Part shown: positions 11,562-19,957 of the stretch, in pieces
Layout: each line of letters opens with the position of its first letter
Numbering within the stretch: the first letter of the stretch is position 1
From: Gemmatimonadales bacterium
GTDB lineage: Bacteria; Gemmatimonadota; Gemmatimonadetes; Gemmatimonadales; GWC2-71-9
DNA: 64,000 nt
Assembly: GCA_037189525.1 (NCBI GenBank)
Contig: JBBCJC010000005.1
Span: 32,001 to 96,000 of the forward strand
Direction: 5' to 3'
Program-made: the position numbers and the translations under genes
Notes under the pieces: model-generated
What the model saw: only the letters and a program-made list of their open reading frames with translations
Databases searched by the model: none
What the model was told of the DNA's origin: nothing

Positions 11562-11879
11562 TCAGGCCTCCATCGCATCCTGCGCTCCGGCGAGACGGAT
11601 CAGTCCGTCTGCCAGCGCGGGATCACGTACACCCACCACCATCACCGGGGGCTTGCCCAGCTTGGCCCCCAACTCCTGCGCCGTCGGTCCGGGGATCTGT
11701 GGTACCCCCCGGGCGGTGGCCAGTCGCGACGCCTTTTCCAAGGCGCGCTGACTCGCATCGCTCGCTACGACGATGCACCGGCACTCGCCTTCCTGAAGCG
11801 CGCGCCGAACCGCTTCGACTCCGATCAACACGTGGCCTGCTCGGAGCCCGAGCCCCAGCAGGCCGATCAGTCCGGTCAT
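11562..11879 (-). CDS. L7Ae/L30e family RNA-binding protein (YlxQ-like)
   Basis: GLLGLGLRAG, ASDAS and ELGAKLGK motifs. Sits between nusA and infB. Confidence 0.85.
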   Translation of the reverse strand: MTGLIGLLGLGLRAGHVLIGVEAVRRALQEGECRCIVVASDASQRALEKASRLATARGVPQIPGPTAQELGAKLGKPPVMVVGVRDPALADGLIRLAGAQDAMEA

Positions 11880-13204
11880 TCGCTCTTGGCTGCGTCCTCG
11901 CCCGCGTCGTCGGCCGTCAGGTCCGCCAGGAACGCCAGCAGTTCTTCCGCCGCCGCCGGCGTCATCCCCTCGATCGACACGATGTCATCCCGCTCGAGAT
12001 CGAGAATGTCGTTGAGCGTGCGATAGCCGGTCTTGTCCAGCGTGCCCAGCACTTCCGGCGAGAGCCCCTTGAGCTCCGCCAGCTGCACCTGCGCCACCCG
12101 ATCGTCCGGCAACGGCGCCAGGGCAAACAAGGGCCCTTCACCGCCGCGCTCCATCCACTCGCGACTCGAATAGAGATCGATCTTCCACCCGGTCAGTTCG
12201 GACGCCAGGCGAACGTTCTGCCCGTTCTTGCCGATGGCGAGCGACAACTGATCCTCGTCGACCACGGCCTGGATCGTCTTGGTCTCCGGATCCGAGAAGA
12301 CCTTGGCCACCCGCGCCGGCGCCAGCGAAAGCCGCGCAAACCGCTCGGGGTCCGGCGACCACGGCACGATGTCGATCCGCTCGCCCGAGAGCTCGTTGAC
12401 CACCGCCTGCACGCGCGACCCCTTGAGGCCGACGCAGGCGCCGACCGGATCGATCGCGTCGTCGCGGGAGATCACCGCTACCTTGGTGCGGCTGCCGACT
12501 TCACGGGCAATCGCCCGGATCTCGACGATCTGCTGCGCGATTTCCGGGACTTCGAGCCGGAAGAGCGCCGCGACAAATGACGGATCGGCGCGCGAAAGCA
12601 CCAACCGGGGACCCTTGGGCGTTTCCTCCAGCCGCTTGAGCACGGCGCGGATGGTGTCGCCCTGATGGAAGTGCTCCCGGTGATTCTGCTCGCGATACGG
12701 GATGATGGCCTCGGCCTCTTTGAACTTGGCCAGCATCAGCACGATCTTGCCCCGCTCGACCTGCTGCACTTCGCCCGACAGCAATTCGCCGACCTTGTCG
12801 CCGAACTCATCGCGAATCTTGCTGCGCTCACCTTCCCGAACCCGCTGGATGATCCGCTGCTTGGCTGCCTGCACCGCCAGACGACCGAAGTCGCTGAACG
12901 GCACATCTTCTTCGAGCACGTCGCCGACCTGGAAGTCCTCGTCCTCGTATCGCGCCTCTTCGATCGAGACCTGCGAACTCGGATCATCGACTTCCTCGAC
13001 CACGGTGCGCAGCCGGGCAACCCGGATCACGCCCTGCAACTCGTCGACGTTCATCTCGAACTTGACGTTCGGGCCGTATTTGCGAACCAGCGCTGCGTGA
13101 ATGCCGTCGCGAAGCAGATCGAGCAGATCGGCTCGATCCAGTTGCTTCGCATTGGTCAGCTCGCGAAACGCTGCCAGCATCTCGGTGGAACCCGCCATCG
13201 ACAT
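11876..13204 (-). CDS. nusA: Transcription termination/antitermination factor NusA
   Basis: FGRLAVQAAKQ, S1 domain, DPVGACVG and LSLAIGKNGQNVRLA motifs, plus an acidic C-terminal extension. Start is 13204 or 13198. Confidence 0.96.
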   Translation of the reverse strand: MSMAGSTEMLAAFRELTNAKQLDRADLLDLLRDGIHAALVRKYGPNVKFEMNVDELQGVIRVARLRTVVEEVDDPSSQVSIEEARYEDEDFQVGDVLEEDVPFSDFGRLAVQAAKQRIIQRVREGERSKIRDEFGDKVGELLSGEVQQVERGKIVLMLAKFKEAEAIIPYREQNHREHFHQGDTIRAVLKRLEETPKGPRLVLSRADPSFVAALFRLEVPEIAQQIVEIRAIAREVGSRTKVAVISRDDAIDPVGACVGLKGSRVQAVVNELSGERIDIVPWSPDPERFARLSLAPARVAKVFSDPETKTIQAVVDEDQLSLAIGKNGQNVRLASELTGWKIDLYSSREWMERGGEGPLFALAPLPDDRVAQVQLAELKGLSPEVLGTLDKTGYRTLNDILDLERDDIVSIEGMTPAAAEELLAFLADLTADDAGEDAAKSE

Positions 13205-13352
13205 CCCCCCACTTCGGAGGCCCACGGTTTGAGCACGAATCTCCGACGAGACTCGCGACGCTACGGTACCAGAATCGTTTCGAGGACGACCGCGGATGGG
13301 CACCTGCAACGCGCATCCCCTCTGGCGAGGGGACGGACCAAAGCTGGTTCCG

Positions 13353-13382
13353 AAAACAAAAATGTGGGGGAGCACCCCACAT
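13353..13382 (-). promoter_or_regulatory. rimP-leader-like attenuator hairpin in the nusA operon leader
   Basis: Minus strand reads ATGTGGGG-TGCTC-CCCCACAT then TTTTGTTTT, shortly after the predicted promoter. Confidence 0.6.
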
Positions 13383-13405
13383 CACCCTCCCCGCGCCAGA
13401 CACAG

Positions 13406-13434
13406 AATTTAGCCTGGCATGGCCCTACCGTCAA
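13406..13434 (-). promoter_or_regulatory. Sigma70-type promoter of the nusA-infB operon
   Basis: TTGACG-17 nt-TAAATT on the minus strand. Confidence 0.65.
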
Positions 13435-13565
13435 TCGAGGGCAGTTGCCCTATGGCCTTGTCTGACAGGCCGTTACGTGAACCTCCGGCGACACTGGCCG
13501 GTCCAGAAACCGTTGCTGCCCCTTGGATGCCGCCCCCGCAAGTGGCCAGGACGACCGAAAACCGG

Positions 13566-14336
13566 TCACGTCCGCAGGAGCCCCAGCATTCCGATCATCC
13601 GCCCGTCCCGTCCTCCCGACCGTCGGTGGCTCATGAACCGGGCCGCATCATGCCCAGAACAGAGGGACGACACCGAGAGGTCGGTGACCCCGAGCGCCCG
13701 GGCCTGGTCGGCGATCACGCCCCGGAGATCGAGCCCGGCCGGCCCGCCCGTGGCCGAGGGGCGGCCGCACGCAGATGCCACATCGGGACCGACCTCGTAG
13801 CAGGCCTCGCAGATCCCCACCCCGATATGGACCGCGAGGTCGGCGGCGCGGGATCCCGCCCGCTGCTCCAGGAGTTCGACCCCGGACCGCAGGATCTCGC
13901 CAGCCGTTCCGCGCCACCCCGAATGGAGCAGCGCCACCGCCCGCCGCACCGGGTCGACCAGGTAGACCGGGACGCAGTCCGCCAGCGAAACCGTGAGGAG
14001 CAGGCCCGGCGCGCGAGTGGCATGCCCGTCCGCGCCCTGAAAGACGGTCCAGCCCGACCGAGGCTCCTCGTGCCAGAGCACCGTCACCCCGTGAACCTGC
14101 CGGGCGACGACGACGCCAGTCAGTCCCGGCGCCACACCCTGGATCCGCTGCCAGCGCTCGAGGACAGCCCCGACCGGCGCCGATCCGGCCAACCCCAGGT
14201 CGAACGGAGCCGCCGGGTCGCCCCGTTCCGTAATGCCCGCAACGACACCGAAGCGCTCGAGCCAGCCGGGCACCAGCGCCCACGGCACTGGCGCTGACTC
14301 CACCGTCTGCTCGGCCAGCGTTACCGGCTCAGTCAT
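13566..14336 (-). CDS. pgeF: YfiH/PgeF family (laccase-domain/purine nucleoside phosphorylase) protein
   Basis: QVHG, ADG, ADCVPV, HSGWRG, CYEVG and SHRR motifs. Confidence 0.88.
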   Translation of the reverse strand: MTEPVTLAEQTVESAPVPWALVPGWLERFGVVAGITERGDPAAPFDLGLAGSAPVGAVLERWQRIQGVAPGLTGVVVARQVHGVTVLWHEEPRSGWTVFQGADGHATRAPGLLLTVSLADCVPVYLVDPVRRAVALLHSGWRGTAGEILRSGVELLEQRAGSRAADLAVHIGVGICEACYEVGPDVASACGRPSATGGPAGLDLRGVIADQARALGVTDLSVSSLCSGHDAARFMSHRRSGGRDGRMIGMLGLLRT

Positions 14337-15612
14337 CGAATCGCTGGATCTCGGCTCCCAAGGCCCGCAGGCGTTCGTCGATCCGTTCGTATCCGCGCTC
14401 GATCTGTCCCACGTTGTGGATCACGCTCTGGCCTTCCGCAGCCAGCGCCGCCAGCAGCATGGCCATACCGGCCCGGATGTCGGGCGACTCCACCACCCCG
14501 CCCCGGAGCGGCGACGGTCCCGAAATCACCGCGCGATGCGGGTCGCACAGCACGATCCGCGCGCCCATGCCGATCAGCTTATCGACGAAGTAGAGCCGCG
14601 ATTCGAACATCTTCTCGAAGACCAGCAGCATCCCGGCGCACTGGGTCGCCGCCACGATGGCAATCGACATCGTATCCGCAGGAAACGCGGGCCAGGGTCC
14701 ATCTTCGAGCTTGGGCACGTGGCCGCCCAGATCCGAGCGAATCCGCCGCTCCTGGTTGCGGTCGACGGTGAGCCGGTTCCCCTCCAGCCGAGGACGGATG
14801 CCGAGCCGGTCGAATCCGATCAGGGTGGCGCGGAGATCGTCGCCGCGGACGCCGTCGATGACCAGCTGTCCGTTGGTGACCGCCGCCAGTCCGATGAAGC
14901 TGCCGATCTCGATGTGATCCGGACCGATCTCATAGCTGGTCCCTTTGAGCGGCTTTCCGCCGTGAATCACATAAGTGTTGCTGCCGATTCCCTCGATCTC
15001 CGCCCCCATGGCCACCAGGATCCGGGCCAGGTCCTGCACGTGCGGCTCCGCGGCGGCATTGCGCAGCGTGGTGGTACCCTGCGCCATCACCGCGGCCATC
15101 AGCGCATTCTCGGTCGCCGTGACGCTCGGCTCGTCGAGGAAGATGTCGGCTCCGACCAGCCGCTTGGCCTCGATTTCGTACTTGTCACCCACCTCCACCG
15201 TGGCGCCCAAGGCTTCCAGGATCAGGAAGTGGGTGTCGACGCGACGGCGGCCGATCACGTCCCCCCCTGGAGGAGGCAGCGTGACCTGACCGAATCGCGC
15301 CAACAACGGCGCCGCGAGCAGGATCGAGGCGCGGATCCGGGCACAGAGCGCGGGGTCGAGTGGCTTGGAACTGACCCCGTGGGCATCGATCCGCACCACA
15401 TTGGGACCGGTCCACTCGGCCCGGGCGCCGAGATGTTCGAGCAGCGCGATCATCAGTTCGACGTCGCGGATACGGGGCACGTTACGGAGCTCGACCGGTT
15501 CGTCGGCGAGCAGGGTGGCTGCCAGGATGGGCAGCGCGGCGTTCTTGTTTCCGGCGGGGCGGACCGTTCCATTGAGCGGACGGCCACCTTGTACGACGAA
15601 TCGAGGAGGCAT
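14329..15612 (-). CDS. murA: UDP-N-acetylglucosamine 1-carboxyvinyltransferase (Asp-type)
   Basis: GNKNAALPIL, RASILL, SVTATEN, EPHV and PDIRAG motifs. The active-site loop reads PGGDVIG. Confidence 0.95.
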   Translation of the reverse strand: MPPRFVVQGGRPLNGTVRPAGNKNAALPILAATLLADEPVELRNVPRIRDVELMIALLEHLGARAEWTGPNVVRIDAHGVSSKPLDPALCARIRASILLAAPLLARFGQVTLPPPGGDVIGRRRVDTHFLILEALGATVEVGDKYEIEAKRLVGADIFLDEPSVTATENALMAAVMAQGTTTLRNAAAEPHVQDLARILVAMGAEIEGIGSNTYVIHGGKPLKGTSYEIGPDHIEIGSFIGLAAVTNGQLVIDGVRGDDLRATLIGFDRLGIRPRLEGNRLTVDRNQERRIRSDLGGHVPKLEDGPWPAFPADTMSIAIVAATQCAGMLLVFEKMFESRLYFVDKLIGMGARIVLCDPHRAVISGPSPLRGGVVESPDIRAGMAMLLAALAAEGQSVIHNVGQIERGYERIDERLRALGAEIQRFDD

Positions 15613-15692
15613 GGCCAACAACCTCGCCACCGGGCTAGCGGCCCGTCAAGGCGAGGACATTATCTTGTGAGGATGCGGACCATGAGGTGGAT

Positions 15693-16148
15693 ATGACGAC
15701 GGTACCCGGATGGGTCGGACCGACCATCGCCCTGTCGCTCGTGATCATCGCGATCGGCTTCATCTCGTTCATCGGCGCTCTGCTCTTCGCGGGCAAGAAG
15801 GCAGCCGATCAGGTGGAAAGCCTCGGCAAGGAAATCGGCGAGTTACGAAAAGAGTTGCACCCGACCATTACCGCGCTGAACGCCTGGGTCGGCTCGAGCG
15901 TCGAGGTGACCTCCGAGTTCAAGGACGAGGTGCGCGCGGTGCTCAAGTCCTCGCGCCGCCTCCGCAAGAGCGCCATGCGAGGCGCCTCCCGGGTCCGGGA
16001 TCGCCTGGAGGATCTGGACGCCCTCTACGAAGTCGTTTCCGCCGAGGTCGAGGAAACGGCGCTGACGGTCGCGTCCACGCTCCGCTCGGTTCGGAGCGGG
16101 ACGTCGGCACTCAGCCGGATCAAACGCTTCCTGGGACATCGCCGGTGA
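15693..16148 (+). CDS. Hypothetical membrane-anchored coiled-coil protein (DUF948/YoxC-like)
   Basis: N-terminal TM helix followed by helical repeats. GAGG precedes the ATG. Confidence 0.6.
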   Translation: MTTVPGWVGPTIALSLVIIAIGFISFIGALLFAGKKAADQVESLGKEIGELRKELHPTITALNAWVGSSVEVTSEFKDEVRAVLKSSRRLRKSAMRGASRVRDRLEDLDALYEVVSAEVEETALTVASTLRSVRSGTSALSRIKRFLGHRR

Positions 16149-17140
16149 GTCTTCGGCGCCTGCTGATTACGGGGGTCGTGCTCGGGTGTCTGGCGGCAGT
16201 CCTGCTGCCGGCCCCGGCCTACGCCTGGACCCATGGCACCCACGTTTTTCTGGGTGAAACGGTCCTGGCCAATCTGCACCTGCTGCCCTCCCATGTCGCA
16301 ACGCTGATTGCCGCGTTTCCGCACGATTTCCTCTACGGATCGATTGCGCCCGACACCTCGATTGCCAAACGCTATGTCCCGGCCGGCCGGCACTCGCACT
16401 ACTGGAATGTCGGCCAGGAAACGTTCGACCATGCCGAAACCGATGCGCTGCGGTCCTTCGGCCTGGGCTATTTGTCGCACCTGGCCGCGGACACGGTGGC
16501 CCACAACTACTTCATCCCGCGCCAGCTGCTCCTGACCAGCAGCACCCGGGCCATGGGGCACCAGTACTGGGAACTGCGGGTCGAAACCCACCTGACCGAC
16601 CGCTACGCGCGGCTGGCGCGCGACCTGATTCGGCGGGACCATTCGGGGTCGGACCTGCACCTCGAACGGATCATTTCGCCGACGCTGTTCAGTGTCAAAA
16701 CGAATCGGCGTATCTTTCGCAGTATCGTCCACCTGTCGGACACGAAGAGCTGGCAGCGCGCCATGCAGGCGGCGCGAGGGGTCAGCCGCTTTCTGCTCAC
16801 CGACGAGGATGTAGAACGCCACCTCGCCATGTCCTACGACGTGGTGATGCAGACCCTGGCCGCCATCAACGATCGAGGCGGAGTGGCGCGGGAATGGGAT
16901 CCGTCGGGCGAAGGCCCGCTGCGCCGCGCCAAACGGTGGCGGCGCGAAGCACTCTGGAAGGGCGGGCTCTGGGTCCCGGAGCATATGATCGAAGCCGCAG
17001 AAGAACGATTCGGGCTGCCGGAGCTGGATCTGGGCTTCTGGCAGGCGTCCAGAATCGAACGGCCCTGGATGCCGCTGATCGGCAAACCGGCCTTGTACGA
17101 CACACACACACCAGGAGCACTGATCGATGGGCAAGGGTGA
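16145..17140 (+). CDS. Zinc-dependent phospholipase C / S1-P1 nuclease fold protein, exported
   Basis: Signal peptide ending AYA, then mature N-terminus WTHGTH. Also GSIAPD, GYLSHLAADTVAH and HQYWE motifs. GTGA overlap with the upstream gene. Confidence 0.8.
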   Translation: MSLRRLLITGVVLGCLAAVLLPAPAYAWTHGTHVFLGETVLANLHLLPSHVATLIAAFPHDFLYGSIAPDTSIAKRYVPAGRHSHYWNVGQETFDHAETDALRSFGLGYLSHLAADTVAHNYFIPRQLLLTSSTRAMGHQYWELRVETHLTDRYARLARDLIRRDHSGSDLHLERIISPTLFSVKTNRRIFRSIVHLSDTKSWQRAMQAARGVSRFLLTDEDVERHLAMSYDVVMQTLAAINDRGGVAREWDPSGEGPLRRAKRWRREALWKGGLWVPEHMIEAAEERFGLPELDLGFWQASRIERPWMPLIGKPALYDTHTPGALIDGQG

Positions 17141-17234
17141 CCGGCGCAGTCGCAAGGGCAAGATCTTTCGGGGAACGACAGGCAAGAAGCGTCCTCGCGG
17201 CACCAAAAAGGCTGCGGCCCCGAAGAAGAGCTGA
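17127..17234 (+). CDS. thx: 30S ribosomal protein bTHX (Thx), not in the ORF track
   Basis: Translates MGKGDRRSRKGKIFRGTTGKKRPRGTKKAAAPKKS*, matching the Thx pattern [29 protein letters not shown] SD upstream and a hairpin downstream. Confidence 0.92.
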   Translation: MGKGDRRSRKGKIFRGTTGKKRPRGTKKAAAPKKS

Positions 17235-17236
17235 CC

Positions 17237-17278
17237 GATACGAGACGAGGGGCGAATCATCGCCCCTCGTTTCATATC
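17237..17278 (+). terminator. Hairpin terminator between thx and the convergent aminotransferase gene
   Basis: ACGAGGGGCGA-ATCA-TCGCCCCTCGT stem, extendable on both sides, with a short T tail. Confidence 0.65.
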
Positions 17279-17300
17279 CCACCGTCAATTCCGTTCGGCT

Positions 17301-18542
17301 TCAGCGCCCGGCCGACTCCGCCAGCTCGGCAACTCCGGCGACCAGCCGGTCGATCTCGGACGCATCGGTGTAACAGGCAACACCCGCCCGCACGATCCCG
17401 TGCTCGGCCTGCCCCAATCCCTCGATTACGCTCGATGCGTAGAAATCGCCATGCGAGGTGAAGACCGCCGCTTGGGCCAGATGCCGGGTCACCTGCTGCG
17501 CCGGCACGCCATTCAGGGTAAAGCCGAGCGTCGGAGTGCGCGAACCGTTCGGCGCGACGCCGTAGCGACGGGTGCCGCGAATGTTACCGATCCCGGTCCA
17601 GAGCCGTTCGAACAACGCCACCCCGCGGCGGTGCAACTCCTCGAAGGCAGTCGCGAGCGCGGCCCGGCGGCTCGCCTGCCCCGGCGCCAGACCGGCCAGA
17701 TACTCGAGCGCCGCGTGCGCACCGACGATGGCCTCGTGGCTGAGCGTGCCGGTCTCGAGACGCTCCGGCGCCGTATCGGGCGCGGGCTCGAGTTTCGGGA
17801 CCGCAACCGATTCGAGCAGTTCCCGGCGGCCGAAGAGCGCCCCCAGGTGCGGTCCGTAGAACTTGTAGGGTGAGCAGACCAGGAAGTCGCAGCCCAGCGC
17901 TTTGACATCGGGCAGTTGGTGCGCAGCGCCATGGACCGCATCGATGTAGCTGAGCGCCCCTCGCTCGCGCGCCGCGCGGCACACGGTGGCGACGTCGTTG
18001 ACCGTCCCGATGGCGTTGGAGGCCAGCCCCATTGCTACCACGCGGGTCCGATCGTTGATCGTCGCCACCAGGCGATCGAGATCCAGCGTACCCGTGGCCG
18101 GATCGAACGGAACCCGCCGGAGTACCAGTCCCCGTTCCCGCGCAATCGCGGCCCACGGCGCCACGTTGCCGTGGTGGTCGAGGTCGGTGACGACGAGTTC
18201 GTCGCCCGACGCAAAACCGTTGGCCAACCCGCGGCTCAGGTGGAACGTCAGCGTGGTCATGTTCTGCCCGAAGACGACTTCGTCGCTCGCGCAGTGGAAG
18301 AAATCGGCGTAGGCCTCGCGGGCCGCCTGGATCATCGCGTCCGTTTCGTGGCTGGTCGGATAATCCCAGTGCGTGTTGGCATTGTGCCGGGACAGGTAAC
18401 CGACCATCGCGTCGATGACCGACTGCGGTACCTGCGTACCACCCGGGCCATCGAAATAGGCAATCGGCGTGCTCCGGTATTCCCGGCGAAGCGAGGGAAA
18501 ATCAGCCCGGATCGATTCGACCGACCGAACGCTGGTGCTCAT
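17301..18542 (-). CDS. Class-V PLP aminotransferase, cysteine desulfurase-like (VC1184-type subfamily)
   Basis: YFDGPGGTQVP, LDHHGN, DAVH, CSPYKFYGPH and ETGT motifs. Confidence 0.85.
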   Translation of the reverse strand: MSTSVRSVESIRADFPSLRREYRSTPIAYFDGPGGTQVPQSVIDAMVGYLSRHNANTHWDYPTSHETDAMIQAAREAYADFFHCASDEVVFGQNMTTLTFHLSRGLANGFASGDELVVTDLDHHGNVAPWAAIARERGLVLRRVPFDPATGTLDLDRLVATINDRTRVVAMGLASNAIGTVNDVATVCRAARERGALSYIDAVHGAAHQLPDVKALGCDFLVCSPYKFYGPHLGALFGRRELLESVAVPKLEPAPDTAPERLETGTLSHEAIVGAHAALEYLAGLAPGQASRRAALATAFEELHRRGVALFERLWTGIGNIRGTRRYGVAPNGSRTPTLGFTLNGVPAQQVTRHLAQAAVFTSHGDFYASSVIEGLGQAEHGIVRAGVACYTDASEIDRLVAGVAELAESAGR

Positions 18543-19957
18543 GTCAGTGCCTTGGCAACGAGGTCTGAGACCGCTTTGGGGTCGGCCTTACCACGACTTT
18601 TCTTCATGACCTGGCCGACCAGGAATCCCATCAACTTGGCTTCGCCCTGCCGGTACCGTTCGACTTCGGCCGGATGGGCGGCAATGACCTCGCCGACCCA
18701 CGCCGCCAACGCATCGTCATCGCGCACCTGGCGGAGGCCGAGACGATCGATGACCGGGCCGGGCGCCTCGCCGGTTCGGACCATCTCGGCAAACACCTTC
18801 TTACCCGCCAGATGGCTGACCGCGCCATCGCGCACCAAGCCGATCAGCGCAGCGAGTTGTTCCGCGCCGACCGGGAACACACCCTGTTCGTTGAATCCCG
18901 GCAGCGCCTCGGTCGAGACCCAATTGGATGCCGCCTTGGGGTCTGCGCCGGACCGGACCACCGCCTCGTAGTAATCCGCCACCGCCTGCTCGGCCGTCAG
19001 TACCCGGGCGTCGTACGACGACAAGCCGTAGGTCTCTCCGAAGCGAACCCGCTTGGCCTCCGGCAGTTCCGGCAGCGCGGCGCCCTCGGCGGCAATCCAC
19101 TCGGCCCCGAGCACCAGCGGCGGCAGATCGGGGTCCGGGAAGTAGCGGTAGTCGTGGCTCTCTTCCTTGCTGCGCATCGGCTTGACTGTGCCGTTCGCCG
19201 CGTTGAACAGCAGAGTGACCTGCTCGACCGATCCGCCCGACTCGAGCACCGCCTGCTGGCGGGCTCGCTCGATGTCGAGCGCCCGCTCCACATTGGCGAA
19301 GCTGTTCATGTTCTTGAGTTCGGTCTTGGTACCGAGCCGCGACTCGCCCGGGCGGCGCAGGGAAATATTCGCGTCGACCCGCAGGCTACCCTTTTCCATG
19401 CTGCATTCGCTGACGCCGGCGTATACCAGGATCTGCCGCAACACGGTCAGGTAGGCACGCGCCTCTGCCGGACTCCGGAGATCCGGCTCGCTCACGATCT
19501 CGGCCAGCGGAATCCCGGTGCGATTGAGGTCCACGGCCGTCGCCCCCGGAATCCGGTCGTGGAGCAGCTTGCCGGCGTCTTCCTCCAGGTGCAGCCGGGT
19601 CACCCCGATCGCGACAGCGCCCCGCTCCGGACTCTCGCAGCGGACCGTGCCGCCCGTGGCCAGCGGCCGATCGAATTGGGAGATCTGATAGCCCTTCGGC
19701 AGGTCCGGATAGAAATAATTCTTCCGGGCAAAGATGCTCCGCTCGTGGACGGTACACCCCAGCGCCAGCGCCGCCCTGGTGCCGAGCCGGACCGCCTGCT
19801 CGTTCGGCACCGGCAGCGCACCTGGCAGGCCGAGACAGACCGGGCAAACGTTGGTATTGGGCAACTCGCCGAAGCCGGTCGAACAGCCGCAGAAGAGCTT
19901 GGAACGGGTGGCCAGCTGGACGTGGACCTCGAGACCGATCACGGTTTCCCAGGTCAT
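18539..19957 (-). CDS. gatB: Asp/Glu-tRNA amidotransferase subunit B
   Basis: VIGLEVHVQL, RKNYFYPDLPKGYQISQ, HLEEDAGK and DYRYFPDPDL motifs. Confidence 0.97.
   Translation of the reverse strand: MTWETVIGLEVHVQLATRSKLFCGCSTGFGELPNTNVCPVCLGLPGALPVPNEQAVRLGTRAALALGCTVHERSIFARKNYFYPDLPKGYQISQFDRPLATGGTVRCESPERGAVAIGVTRLHLEEDAGKLLHDRIPGATAVDLNRTGIPLAEIVSEPDLRSPAEARAYLTVLRQILVYAGVSECSMEKGSLRVDANISLRRPGESRLGTKTELKNMNSFANVERALDIERARQQAVLESGGSVEQVTLLFNAANGTVKPMRSKEESHDYRYFPDPDLPPLVLGAEWIAAEGAALPELPEAKRVRFGETYGLSSYDARVLTAEQAVADYYEAVVRSGADPKAASNWVSTEALPGFNEQGVFPVGAEQLAALIGLVRDGAVSHLAGKKVFAEMVRTGEAPGPVIDRLGLRQVRDDDALAAWVGEVIAAHPAEVERYRQGEAKLMGFLVGQVMKKSRGKADPKAVSDLVAKALT

Noticed and set aside
8655..12026. 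1123-aa plus-strand ORF and similar long ORFs (e.g. 1452-3011, 22085-24130, 31429-32979, 53976-55994)
   Set aside because: These are antisense shadows of well-supported genes. They are expected in high-GC DNA and show no recognisable motifs.
13205..13375. Extended NusA N-terminus or rimP remnant
   Set aside because: The translation has no RimP-like motifs and runs through the leader hairpins. A G-rich SD sits directly before 13204/13198.
17100..17111. (CA)5 tract as a phase-variation site
   Set aside because: It is short and lies in the last codons of the PLC gene, just upstream of the thx SD. An unstructured translation enhancer is more plausible.
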